From contig NC_092672.1 of assembly GCF_964355755.1 (NCBI RefSeq), positions 25,001,337-25,065,336 on the forward strand: a stretch of DNA of 64,000 nt, given 5' to 3'. A program made the position numbers and the translations under genes. Under the pieces are notes generated by a model. It searched no databases. It worked only from the letters and a program-made list of their open reading frames with translations, and had not been told where the DNA came from. The first letter of the stretch is position 1. Each line of letters opens with the position of its first letter. This stretch comes from Antedon mediterranea (Eukaryota; Animalia; Echinodermata). Below are positions 1-13,730 of this stretch, one piece after another.

Positions 1-805
1 TGTGTGGTGTAGTAGGTACAGGGGTAGGGGTTCCTATACTACAGCAGTATGGTCATAATCACTGTTTATATTTTATGTGGTGTAGTAGGTACAGTGGTAG
101 GGGTTCCTATACTACAGCAGTATGGTCATAATCACTGTTTATATTTTATGTGGTGTAGTAGGTACAGTGGTAGGGGTTCCTATACTACAGCAGTATGGTC
201 ATAATCACTGTTTATATTTTATGTGGTGTAGTAGGTACAGTGGTAGGGGTTCCTATACTACAGCAGTATGGTCATAATCACTGTTTATATTTTATGTGGT
301 GTAGTAGGTACAGTGGTAGGGGTTCCTATACTACAGCAGTATGGTCATAATCACTGTTTATATTTTGTGTGGTGTATAGTAGGTACAGTGGTAGGGGTTC
401 CTATACTACAGCAGTATGGTCATAATCACTGTTTATATTTTGTGTGGTGTATAGTAGGTACAGTGGTAGGGGTTCCTATACTACAGCAGTATGGTCATAA
501 TCACTGTTTATATTTTGTGTGGTGTATAGTAGGTACAGTGGTAGGGGTTCCTATACTACAGCAGTATGGTCATAATCACTGTTTATATTTTGTGTGGTGT
601 ATAGTAGGTACAGTGGTAGGGGTTCCTATACTACAGCAGTATGGTCATAATCACTGTTTATATTTTGTGTGGTGTATAGTAGGTACAGTGGTAGGGGTTC
701 CTATACTACAGCAGTATGGTCATAATCACTGTTTATATTTTGTGTGGTGTATAGTAGGTACAGTGGTAGGGGTTCCTATACTACAGCAGTATGGTCATAA
801 TCACT
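1..805. repeat. 73/75-bp minisatellite array (~11 units, continues off the left edge)
   Basis: Unit tgtggtgt(at)agtaggtacagtggtaggggttcctatactacagcagtatggtcataatcactgtttatatttt. About 5 units of 73 bp, then about 6 of 75 bp. ORF 268..810 is a by-product of the repeat. Confidence 0.95.
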
Positions 806-1050
806 TATAGGGCTGGAAATCATTCAAATATACACACTGATTATATTTTGTGGTGCAGTGGGTACAGTAGTATGGCTGCATCAGTGTGATCATACTCACG
901 TAGGGCTGGAAATTAAAAGTATGGTAGTATATGTGACCTGTTTTTAGTCTAGTTGACAAAGTTATTGAACTTGATTCTTCATTATGTAAACATTTAAATA
1001 TTTGAATTAATAGTAATACTAAAGATTTCTTAAAACAATAATTGCATTGC

Positions 1051-1637
1051 TCCGATACTATCAAGCAGTGATACGACCAGTTCTCGAATATGCCTGTGCT
1101 GTTTGGTCCCCGAGTTTATCCAAAGCACAATCTGACCAAATCGAACATGTCCAAAGAAGAGCGTGTAACATAATATACCCCGATGGTACCTCGTATGCTG
1201 ATACCCGCAGATACCTTAACATCATCACTCTATCTGAACGCCGCGAGAAGTTGTCAAGAAAATTCTTTGATAAAATGAAAAAAGAAGATCATATATTATA
1301 CTCTCTCTTACCTAAACCTCCCACACACAACCATCAGCTCCGACGCGTAGATCGTTCACCCTCTCCAAAGTCCGGACACAACTCACAAAAAACTTTCCAC
1401 GGAGTTTTCAATGATTGGTGAATGATCATAAACTGAGTTATGATAAGCAAATTGTGAACCCCTTTTGGTTTGTGTTACTGGATGTACTATGATGGCCATT
1501 GAAAGACTGATTTGTGGACTATGATATATTTTAGTATTACTTGTTTGGACTGTGTTATACTATGTTTTTTTTATATATATTTACTATTATATTTATGTCA
1601 ACTTCATCACTGTTTACTTGATGCAATAAAGGAAATA

Positions 1638-1670
<33 letters not shown>
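1051..1670 (+). mobile_element. 5'-truncated CR1/L2-clade non-LTR retrotransposon 3' fragment with (AAT)n tail
   Basis: Translation YQAVIRPVLEYACAVWSP..SDQIEHVQRRAC..TLSERREKL matches the RT C-terminal region of CR1/L2 elements. AATAAA is followed by (AAT)n. Absent from the paralogous site at ~28540 (aattgcattgcaattgaaa). Confidence 0.85.
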
Positions 1671-1941
1671 TGCAAATGAAAAGATGCTGATTTTTCTAAA
1701 TGTCAGGCCTTCTATCTGATGGTTTGTATCCTAATATAATTGTTTGGCGACTTTTTCAATTTCATTTTATAACTTGATACAACTAATTTCAACATTTGCT
1801 CTTCTAGTACTCCTTTTTAATTTTATCTGAATTGTTCACATTCCTCAAATATGTATCATGGATGTTCAAAGGAGACTTTAATACCATATAACCATAACAT
1901 CTTTATTATAGGCCTAATTAATAGAGAGTTTGTTTACATTT

Positions 1942-2258
1942 AATTATCGTAGGAGGAGATAGGAAAATGCGAAGTGTCCTCGTATTATTGTCTGCGGGTA
2001 TTTTTCAAATTGGACATCCATTAGACAGTGTATACCACGATCGGAAAACACCCCTATTTGGGGCAAATCGTTGAACCTAAATTCGTTTTAATCGTCAATA
2101 ACTAATTATCGAATTCAATTTAATTAGTAAACAGGGTTACATCAGGTGGTTAAAATCAGTACCGAAAGTACGAACCAACTTTACATACCATCGAGTAAAC
2201 ATTCTAGAAATAACGCGCGATTTACCGAATTTTGCCCTTACGTAAATTTATATATTGA
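1942..2258 (-). mobile_element. 5' fragment of a non-autonomous Helitron (same family as 12061-13478)
   Basis: Near-identical reverse complement of 12061-12376; begins A|TC on the minus strand. Confidence 0.7.
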
Positions 2259-4940
2259 TATCAGGTGCTTAATTAATATTTTGATTAATTTTCAACATTT
2301 GTCCAATTGTCCAATTGAAATGCGTTGTTTTGTCAAATAAGTTGACTCCAGTATGTTTCCTTGTACTAATAGGCCTATTGTTAAATAATATTTATTTATT
2401 TTACTTACTCTGGAAGCACCTTCATTCAAGAAGTGTGCCACTGTTTCTAAAGTGTAGCTTCCAAATAAATTATTATATTATATGTAAAAAAAGTGGAGTA
2501 AAGTTACTTTAGGTAACTAATTAATTATAAAGGCATTCATTTTAAATGTGTTATAATTATAGCTAATTCTTTATCTTGTTATTTACTTTATTAATATTAA
2601 AAATAAACTTCCAACAGCAAGGAGTTATTTAATATATATTTAATAGTGAAAATACCTCTATGAGAATCCCTACCAACTAGCCAGCAAGTTTGGAATAGCC
2701 AACATGCATTTGAGCAGTGGGGTGTGTGTAATAATTAGAATAGCCACAAGGATATCTCAGAAAAATTTTACTTTTTAACTACTGGACAGATTTTTTTGAA
2801 AAAAAATCTAATAATTCTTAAAATAATGCAAGACTATAGCAATCATGCTTAATAACGAAAAAGTTATTGTGAATATTACTGAAATTGTGTTCAGGCAGAA
2901 TGAGTTTATATCACACTTCCTGTTCACCAAGATAAATTAAACAGATAAGATTGTAATCCTTTTTTTTCCACTTTGACTGGTGACTCTACTTGTAATGATT
3001 GTTTATTCTTACTATAGGCGCGCCTATGCCTGAACCTATTACGGTTATGGTATGCACTAAATATGTCCATCATTATGGGATTAAATATTATCCTGATTTA
3101 GGCTATTTATTAAATAATAATATATTACGAACTGAGGCCTACTATTATAGTAGGCCTATGTGTAGCCACAAATCGTTAAACGATGTATAATTTAGTCCTA
3201 CAATGTCACTGAACTCTAAGTATGTGATCGTAAAAATCATAAATAATTTAATTATACAATATCAGACTAAAATAGAAGAATTTTAGTTTTGCTAACACTT
3301 GGTATCATACGACGTAACGCTCTCACGTTACGAAAGAAAATGATGACGGTGGTACGTTGGTACGTTCCCACATGAGGGCGTGGTTGCGGACGGGTCCATT
3401 ATAATGCAGGGGTGTTCTAGGAACTTTTCACTTTCGTATCTAAGCCCTCCCTCTGGAGAGCACGGGCTATTGTCGGTTTATACAGGTAAGCTAGCACTCA
3501 TAGACTACTAACACCACTACTGGTTTGTGTAATAATATAGACTGAAACATAAATTAAATGTCATATACAGTAATAAAAATAAGAAATTGTGTCGTTGGAA
3601 TTCTAATATACGTATATTTTTGAATATTCATGAGAACAAATTATATAATTTTTTTCATGCGCGCACTAAAATATGATTTTAAAATAAGTTGGAGTCTTTA
3701 ATATGCTACAAAATGCACTAGGGTTATTAAATTAAAAAGTTGCTTAAACGGTAAAATTTCGATTTACCAAATGATACGTCTATGGCTTGATAAAAAATAT
3801 GATTAATTTGTTAGCTGGTATAAAAACTGCGATATCTCCGTGAAAATTTACTCGATTTTTAAACGGTTTTTTCGAGAAAAAAGCTCAAAGAACAATGAAC
3901 AACTGCACAAAGGTCATGCTTCACTATGATGTATTAGAAACTACTGCGCAGCCTCTGTTTACTTTTACTGAAAAAATGGTTTACAAATTGATAACTGTAT
4001 TTCAAATGAAGACTATGTTATTGTTACATGCAAAAAAGCATTGAATTCAAGACTGACATTTTTGTACAGGCAGACTAACTTCTTAGACATGCACTTTTAT
4101 GCTCTGCAATAATTCAATGTGTTTTCGACTACTGTATGCTACATCAGTCTGGTATTCTGGTTTAACTTCACTCCTCAAAATAAACTGTAACCCTAAATAA
4201 AATTGTACAGTATATTCTTATCACCCACTAACAATCAACCACTAATGAAACAATTTCATTAACCACTAATGTACAAAACTTTATTAAAGTAGAAAATTAG
4301 TTTAGAGTTATTTTGGAAATATTCTATATTTTTTTGTGGAGAAAACATTTTTTAATTTGTTGAACTTCAGTTTTAATCCTATGTGTCTTTGTCAATTCTC
4401 TATGTTTTTCTTCTCTGAGACAAATATGGTAACTACATTTTTCACATGTACGCTGAACTTTTGTCTGTCCCACTTAATAAAGTTGAATTGTCGAGTTTGT
4501 TGAATTTAGCCTGGTTAGTGTCTGTCCGTTCATTCGTTAATTTAATATTATAACTGTAGGACATGTGTACAGTATAGGGTCTTTACTTTTTATAGGGTCT
4601 ATTGAACAAAGTTTGACTGTCTGTCCATCCTTCTGTTCTCCCTTTTGACTTCGGCCTATTAGAACAAAGCAAAAACCAAATTACCCTATCTAATTATAAT
4701 TTGAGTAGAATATAAAAAATGATGAAATATAATGAAACACCTAACTTTTTCTTCAAATATGTTTGATACAGAGATGCTGTACTGTAAGTTGCTAACTTTT
4801 TTTATGCAATTGTTGTGTATTAAAATTGATTAGGGAAAAATGAAATCACAAAACATTTTAATCTTTTGTAGTTTATTGTAAAGAACATTGTTTTTATTTC
4901 ATTTTCATAAATAGTAGTATACACTTACATATACTGTAAA
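2259..4940. repeat. Segmental duplication block A (paralog at ~52578-56445)
   Basis: Long colinear near-identity, from tcaggtgcttaattaatattttgattaatt to aaatagtagtatacacttacatata in both copies. Confidence 0.9.
3291..3540 (+). mobile_element. Solo, diverged DIRS1-type terminal repeat
   Basis: Aligns to the ITR plus 3' extension of the DIRS element (aatgatgacgg...caggtaagc..cactcatagactac.aacacca...ctggtttgtgta). Absent at the paralogous site 53690/53691. Confidence 0.75.
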
Positions 4941-7149
4941 TAAATGTTCATACAAACATGTAACAAGTTCAGAGTGTATCCAACATTTAACATTATGAAA
5001 TATTTTAGACCACTGACAATGATGATCACCAGTGCTTTGCAAAGTCTGCAGTTTCTGTAATTATTCATTCATATTTATCTCCATTATCCAACATTATCAA
5101 ACAAAACTGTTTTGAGGATAAGCATAGCTATATGTAAGGTTCAACTTTAATAATTTTTAAAAGTTTTACAAACAACACAAATAAGTAAAGCTTTCCCAGT
5201 TTATTCAAAGTATACATTTAACAATACATAATATTTATTTCTACTGATACTGTACAAGCAATGCTAAATACTACTGAAGCTTAATAATAAACTACATTTG
5301 GCCTTTTGGGGGCTACCACTCATATGACATCGATGTATTAAAGGTCCAGTGTGTTGTTACAGGAGCCAGTAAATCAAATTGTTGTTATTAAGTATATCGG
5401 AAGGATGTAAGTGACATCCGTTAGGTAAATTGTGGAATTTGGGGGAAAATAATTCCCCAGAATTATACCAGCCAAATGAGCGAATAGCATGAGTAACATA
5501 TGAGTTAGCGCCTGTGTTGAAGTTAGGTGTTGGATGATGTTGGGGGATGGCTGGGTGGGAAGATTGAAAAGTTTGTACAACTATTAAACGGCTAATTTAA
5601 CAATGAAGTGTGCTATTATGCATCTTAGTAAACAACTAAAACACTCTGAATTCCCATTGGTTGCCAATTAGAAATTAGCCTATCCTACATTTTGTGGTTC
5701 CACTATTAGATATACCTGTTGGTCTATAGAAATACATTGTCAATTACTGTGGTTGGAACTTTAATTACCTGTAGAAACAATATACCATTCATCCTAACAC
5801 TTCTGTAACTCTGAAATCTACCCACATTATATACCACATCCTTAGTTAAAAGAAAGTACTTGTGCTGTGTATAAACTATAATTTATTACTTTAAATTTCC
5901 TTTAACATTTTCTAACATTAATGTTAAAAGATTACGTTTAAAAGAACTTATATAGACAAATTTCAAATTTCGGTACAAGCTATTTAACTATTTAAAAAAC
6001 AAATCGTATGCCAAGTTATATTTTAATCAATGGATGTAAAATGACTTTGCATTATATAAATGTATTACAATTGTTTATAAACTCTTCATTTTTGTAGCAC
6101 AACTAATATTGACCTTGGTTTATCCTTGTTTCAGTTGGATGGTCCTACCTGTTCAATAGAATTACATTCATTTTCACAGAGTAAATTAAAATTTATCTCC
6201 TTTAAAATTAAATTCAATAAACTTTATCCCATAACAATTTTCCTATGAATAAATAGATGGAATTATTCTTAGTTTATTGATTTGATTCAAACCAATTTCA
6301 TACACATTTACACATCCAGAAATATTCTGTTCATTTTACTACTATTATACAATTCATTTATTAGCTTTGTTATGGGTTTAACAAGCTAAATTCTGTCTGT
6401 CATATAATATAAAAGTCAAAGGCAAAAAATGTCTTAATCGGCAAACAATTTCTTATTAATCATACATCCTAATAATCTATCCATAATTGTTTCATATTAT
6501 CACATAATAATTTTGATTTTTATTGTGCTACAATAAAGTTCAAATTACACAGTAAAATCTCTATTCTTTTGTACATAAATGATAGAGAGGCACTTTAAAC
6601 AAAATTGGAAAAATATAAAAAATAAATATTATCAGATGACTATAATATAGGTAATATAACGTTACGTTTCTGGTGTTTTTATGGTCAAATCTTTATTTTT
6701 GTTTTATTGTTTATTGTGACTAGAACTACACTGTTTCCTTCGCTAGGCTGATCCTAATGCTAATCCTAATGCTCCTAATGTTCACATGATTATCATGGAA
6801 CGATATGTCCCCCACCTTCAAATGAATAACCTTATTTTTTCTCATAAAACCAAATAAAGAAAGCACTAGATCAAGCATTTAGTAAACATTTTATACCTGC
6901 ATTTTCTTACGCACAACGCCTTTGCACCTACGCTTAGCACCTTCCAATATCATGTGCAATTACACTTGAGTTATTGTCTTCTTCTTCTAGACTGCAATCA
7001 TGTTCCCATTTAATACTGAAATATGGAGATTCAATCCTGGATAGCACCATTCACCATCACAACCAAATACGACTTAGCATTTGTTCAACATTATCAACTC
7101 CATAACTCAATTAACCATTTAGTAGGTAGCCTAACCAATACGGTTCCTG

Positions 7150-7640
7150 CCACAATCATCCAGTTTATGGGCGCTTGGTCTGTGGCTGTAGCCATTCAGT
7201 TTTCCTTAGTCATTTGACTTAACCATTCCCAATTGGCAATTGGCAAGCATCTATACGCAACCAACACTGAGCTACTAAACCGAGGAATCTTAAAATTATC
7301 AAAAGTGAGTTGACCCCAAATGGCATTCCAAATAATAGAAAAAATCTCATTCATAAAAATCTATCTCCCTGCTGAGCAGATTAGCCTCCCAATTGCGCTC
7401 TCTATGCACCCATTGGACGTCTCTGAATAATTTTTTTTCGCAAAGCTCTAAAGCCAACTGATTCAAGTCTTCATGCATGCTACCTTTCCTACAAATTGAA
7501 ACAACACCTCTGTTATCTGTAAATATTTTAATTTGTTTCTCTTTTAAGTTAGGAGCAAATGCTTGCAATGCCAATAACACACCTTTCAGTTCTCTACACG
7601 TACAGCTTCTGACTGACTCATGCTGATTCCAGCCGAGACA
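7150..7640 (-). pseudogene. Degenerate DIRS/Ngaro-type pol relic (RNase H, then eroded methyltransferase-like domain)
   Basis: ORF 7347..7580 has IKIFTDN..VVSI..KGS..LN..ALE..VQWVHRERNWEANLLSR, the RNase H signature of YR retrotransposons. Downstream remnant NFKIPRFSS resembles the MT-like motif. Confidence 0.7.
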
Positions 7641-8039
7641 AACTGCAAACGGTCATATACCTCGCTTCACAATTCACTCCACTAGCGTCAGTAAATGTAA
7701 TTGAATAATCAAAAAAATATTTTGCTTCCAGAAAAATATCTCCTCAATAACTAGACCCCCACTCGCTGTAGTAATAAAATGCCACAACTTGAGAACTAAC
7801 AACAAATCTCTGGACCTATAGTCAGGGAGACCCTGATTGACCTCTAATAAACCCAAACCAGCCATAGCCAGGTTACAACCGGACTTAGATCCTATATTGA
7901 TTTTTTGACGTTTTAACAATGTTAGAGACTTTAGTACATGCGGCATGGGAACCTCTCTTACCAACCATCGTCCAAAAATACTAGGATCCAATACATCACT
8001 AATAAGTTGAATACGATAAATGGTTGAATCAAGACTATT

Positions 8040-11000
8040 CCACTTATATTTGGGGTAAAACATTATTTTTTTGTTAAAAATAATTGCCAAACTCTGCAAT
8101 CCTCCAAAAACATAGCAAACCTCATTTAACCAACCTCATTTAACCAACATAAAAGTGATTGAATCAGTAGTGCACAACTCACTTGGTTTGTCAATTTAAA
8201 TATATTTTTTGTTTAACTAATTGTTTTGCCATAAAGCATTATTGTTTGGTTTAAAAAAATAAATGCTAAACCTTCACTCTTGGATTAAAGGGGACGTAAT
8301 TACCAGCCCAAACAATGTTACAGTACTGTATAATTAAAACATTTTATTTTAATTTCTTTAGAATACATATTTAGATATTTAATTGATAAAAATTGTTGGC
8401 AGCCAATAATCCAATTAAAAGACCAAGGAATGATACTTCACTTATTAATTTTCCATCAAAAAAAATATAACAATTACTGTGTGTAAGTTTATATCTAATA
8501 CAATTTGTTTTAGCCGTATTAATTAATAATTGGTTTGTAGTGAACCATTCACTAGCTTACTTAACTCTAAATTTAAAAAGTTCAACAAGACATCAATATT
8601 GTTATTAAAATAAAATAAAGTTGTACTGTATTATCTGCATAAAAAAGGTTGTCTGGAAGATTTACTAATTATTAATTTGAAATAATGATTTCGGTCTGTA
8701 AAATAGCTTTAAACCAATCTAAGAAAAATACCATAGCGAAACAACTTGAAAATATCATGGTTAACAACATCAACATGTTTTCATACATCTAGAAAAGTAC
8801 TTCATAAAATTAATTGTTTTCAAATGCAGTATTATCAGAATTAGTGAGTTCAAGAAAAGTATGACAAAAGTGGTATTGTATGCATACATTTTTCATTATT
8901 TTTTGAAAAAAATGGGTAAAATTAAGATTGGTATAAAACTATCCGTTTTTAAATACAGGATTTACTTTTAATATGATTAGGTACAGAACCCATCATGAAT
9001 GATTAATTAATGGCATGAGATGGCTTATGATAATGGAGAAACCTTTTTAAGAATCATGCTCTGAACCTTTACTAGAATCCAAATTATTAATTATATTAAG
9101 CACTTCTGTTTCAGATATAAATGAGAGGCTATATGGGAGGTGGTAATTAAGAGATTAGATCTTTGGTATTTTTAGGAATATAGAATTACAGAGTTTTACA
9201 AATTTATGAAAAATAATCACTAAATTCTGGCTAATTATGTTTGTATCATAAAAATATTCATCATTAATTTTTTAAACATGAGGTGTATTTCTACTTTCTT
9301 TCCCGTCTGGGATTAATTACAGAATGTATTACTTCTCATTTTTTATGTTACATTAAGTCTGATTGAATTTAGTTTCATGCATTTTTTCTTAGAAATTTTA
9401 CAGTGCAGTAATAATGTTCATAGCATTTTATTAAATACATTATGTGTATGACAAAGATGGTGATTTGTTTAGAAGGATTTCTAAATCATAAACATTACAC
9501 ATTGTATATTGTACCTACCTACTGTAAATCATTACCAACATAGTATGTGTAAAGATTACTATTTTAAATAATTTTCCTTCATTAAATGCTTTTTCTGGAT
9601 GTCGACAGCCGGCATAAAATGTTGTTGCCTTCATAGCCTTAGCTTTTCGAATCACAATGGATCTTTGCGGCCTATAAATGATAATGTGTCTTAGGCATAG
9701 ATCTTCACCTCAATTTTTAGTCGCGTGGAAGCGACTCTATAGTTTACTATGTCGGTCGGTCCGTCTGTCTGTCTGTCTGTCTGTCGGTCTGTCTGTCTGT
9801 CTGTCGGTCCGGTATCACTATGCGTTTTATCGCTTTATGACCTTATCTTGATATCAGTTTAATCTAGCTAAGTCAATTTTTCACAGAATATTCCTTATGG
9901 CCAGGAATCGATGTGGTTATGTTTTCACGGTGCGCAATAAAAAATTACGCGGTCTACGCACGATTTAACGAAATCACGTTTGTAATCATATCTTAACAAC
10001 CATGAATCACAATTAAATAAAATTTGGTACTCATAAATTTCAGGGCATAAATCATCATATGGCAATACAATTACGTGCGTAGCGCATGTAACGCATGCGT
10101 AAGCGCTTTATCGCTTTATGACCTTATCTTGATATCAGTTTAATCTAGCTAAGTCAATTTTTCACAGAATATTCCTTATGGCCAGGAATCGATGTGGTTA
10201 TGTTTTCACGGTGCGCAATAAAAAATTACGCGGTCTACGCACGATTTAACGAAATCACGTTTGTAATCATATCTTAACAACCATGAATCACAATTAAATA
10301 AAATTTGGTACTCATAAATTTCAGGGCATAAATCATCATATGGCAATACAATTACGTGCGTAGCGCATGTAACGCATGCGTAAGCGCGCTTAAAATTTTC
10401 AAAATTTATTTTCGATGAAATAAGAGTACGTTTCAGGCAATTTTAAGCGTTTACAAAATTGCCATGAGTGCGCAGATTTTTGCGCGCGCACTGCGCGTTA
10501 AATATTATTGCGCACTCTTCTTGCCCGATTTCTGTTTTTTTGACTTACTTTTCAACTCGAAATTACGTTATACGAGCACGTCAAAAGTGACAGGCTACGC
10601 ACGTGTAAATTAAAAAAATATAAATGTTTTTAAACATTTCAACATTTTTAAACATGTTCAGTAATTTCGGTCAGTATAGTTCACTATGTCGGTCCGTCTG
10701 TCTGTCGGTCTGTCTGTCTGTCGGTCTGTTTGTCTGTCGGTCCGGTATCACTATGCATTGTAGCACGCGACTTAATGGCTGTTGGCCTTGTTCTAGTTCA
10801 GTGTACATTTTCAATCGAAATATTATTTAAGCCAAGATCAGTTTTAAATATGTCCTTTACAAGGTGCATTTGATCTTTTCCTTGATGTCACCAAATCATA
10901 GGTTGTAGCTTCTTAAATGCCTTTCAACTCGTAGCAATTCAGCTTCCATGTAGCTATTGTATCCTGTTTAGATTTGATGTTTCACACATTCATGTCAAAC

Positions 11001-12060
11001 TATCCGTTGTAGCTTTAAATTTATCCTTAATTTTTACTTTGAAGTTCCATAACATTTCTGTTTAGCAACTTGTTAGCCTTTCTTTAGTGATGCTCTTTCC
11101 TTGTCAATCCTACTATTTATGTCAGCTGCTAAGCTACCCATTTCACCACTCAATGCATTCATTCAACATTTTTTTATTCATAGCGTGTTCAGTAGGCTCA
11201 GTTTTTATACCTATACTATGAATTCGTGTTTTTCTTGTATTCATAGTTCAAGATAAAGCACTATTAATTGGTTATGAATACTCCTAGGCTTATATTCTTA
11301 GTAAAATGTAATACTTGCAGAATGATCAACTGTTGGGAATTAAATATTATACAGAGCATTGTATGTCTTCACTCAGAGATGTCCATAGCACTTTAATTTT
11401 ACTGTAAATAAGAATTTGAGTTCTCTACACTAAAGGTTATTCACATGACAGTATGTAATAGTGATATGTAAAAGGAATTTAATAATGAATCATAATCAAC
11501 AGAAATAGAACAATTTATTTAATTAATTCAAATTGTTCAATATAATTTAAAATATTTAATATTCCTGGAGTATTATCACAAATAGATAATCATTTCAATT
11601 TGTAGCATTCAAAATACAGTAGGAGGGTTTGTTTATAATTTTATAATTGTATTTTGATGGGTTGGCACCCAAACATTTTTAATTTTTTTTACTCCATCTT
11701 TGGTATTTAATTGCATTCTTTGAAAATTACCTTTTTTTCAATGAGCTTGCCTGAATCTTCGACTGTCTGGTGTTTTCAATTCTCCTTCTCCTTCTTTTTA
11801 TTTGGATATTTATTGTATTTTCATCTTCTTCCCAACTTTTTTATTATTTTTTTCAGGGAGCCTAGGCGTAAAGTTTTTCAACTTATATAGGTTTCCTTCC
11901 ACACACTATGTTTTTTATAGGTTATTATTATAGTGTTTATATAATTATTATTTTATGTATTTTTAATATATGTATGGAGAACATTTATTGAATATTTATT
12001 GAAAATTGATTAAACAAATCAAATCAAATAAAACAAATCATAATATATTAATTTTGTGTA
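8040..12060. repeat. Segmental duplication block B (paralog at ~40220-44657)
   Basis: Colinear near-identity from ttccacttatatttg to aattttgtgta, with copy-specific insertions. Confidence 0.9.
9716..10792 (+). mobile_element. Helentron-associated / DINE-1-like element with internal 281-bp tandem duplication
   Basis: T-run insertion site, subterminal inverted repeats agtcgcgtg/cacgcgact, (gtct/gtcg)n microsatellite, 3' end ggccttgtt. Absent from the paralog at ~43066. Confidence 0.7.
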
Positions 12061-13478
12061 TCTATATATAAATTTACGTAAGGGCAAAATTCGGTAAAAC
12101 ACGCGTTATTTCTAGAATGTTTACTCGATGGTATATAAAGTTGGTTCGTACTTTCGGTACTGATTTTAACCACCTGATGTAACCCTGTTTACTAATTAAA
12201 TTGAGTTCGATAATTAGTTATTGACGATTAAAACGAATTTAGGTTCAACGATTTGCCCCAAATAGGGGTGTTTTTCGATCGTGGTATACACTGTCTAATG
12301 GATGTCCGTCTTGATAAATACCTGCAGACAATAATGCGAGGATGCTTCGCATTTTCCTATCTCCTCCTACGATAATTGTTTTTAATGGCTGAAAACCGGT
12401 TGAACAGCTCGAGTACAGCATCATAATGTTGAAGACAGGCCGATTTTCTTTAAAAAATACTATTTTGATAGAATTAATATACGTTTATACAAATGTATTG
12501 ATTTGCGATGAATGGAACATTCCAATCTCTGTTCCACAAGCGTCTATTCCCTCAGGCGTCGTAAAGGCAAGTACTGTATACTCATAACAGAAATTAGATC
12601 CATTTTTTTTTTCAATCTGTGCTGCAGAGGTTGGATATAAATTTTTTTTAACGGATAATGAGCTAGCGTTTTCATTCGCCGTATATTATGTACACATCTT
12701 TATTATTGCAGTTAAACCACCCACATCATCACCCTTCCCTCACTGGCATGAGTAGCGTTGTAAAACCAGTAGAGGATAGGCCTACGGTACATCACATGCC
12801 ATAAATGCAAAACAACTTTGGTGGGTATTAGGGTAGGAACCAACTTAAGTATGAATTGGCTCTAAGAAACAATTGAAAACCATTAGGCCTACTAATTAAG
12901 TTGAGTTAGATAATTTAATATTTATTGACAATTAAATCGAATTTATGATTTTCCCCGAAATAGAGGTGGTTTTCACAAATTGTTTTACATTATATAAACA
13001 TGTACTGTACTATTTCAATCGACTATGACGGTGATAGTTTCAACAAAGTATTAAATCGCAATGTTTTACTGTGTGTATAGTGGTATATTATTTGTAAAAC
13101 ATGAAAACAATTAATATTTCGTTACTAAATGGATAAAGAATATATTTAAAAAGTGTTCCTCTTTGCACCCATCCTCTTCCCCATCCCTCAACCCTAATGT
13201 TACATACAAAACACAAATTAAGTTTGTTTAAATTTGACTTAAACAATTGGTTTCATTTTGTGACAAGTTTCTCTTTCAGAAGTAATAGGGTGCTAATTTT
13301 AGTTGAGTACATAAATCACAGTGTCTATTTATTCGTTCCTGTAAACGACATGTATTATTGTCCTGCGGTACGTACATTTGAAATCGCCAGTTTTTTAACG
13401 CTGAAATTATTATGTATTCGAGAACCATCTGTGGGCACGACCTAGATGGTATGCGAGCGAAGCGAGCGTACCATCTAG
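12061..13478 (+). mobile_element. Non-autonomous Helitron
   Basis: A|TC 5' end; 3' palindrome ctagatggta..gcgagcgaagcgagc..taccatctag ending CTAG|T; no TSD. That the two ends belong to one element is inferred. Confidence 0.65.
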
Positions 13479-13730
13479 TTTTGACAATTAGGCTTAAATA
13501 TAGTTGTGTGCAAAACAATATCAGTTTTTTTGTAGCAACAGTGTACAGTTATATGCTCTAATTTAAAATATAATCTTTAATGTGTATTATTATCAATACA
13601 TATTGCTATATACGTTATGTTTTTTCACGCTATGGTCATAAATTTCCATTTGAAATACTTTATAAAACATTTACAATAGTGCCTTGACCATTATTTAATT
13701 AATATTAATTTTTTAAACAGTATTTAATCA

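Noticed and set aside
268-810. 180-aa repetitive ORF
   Set aside because: Artefact of a 75-bp satellite unit (multiple of 3); the frame breaks in the 73-bp units.
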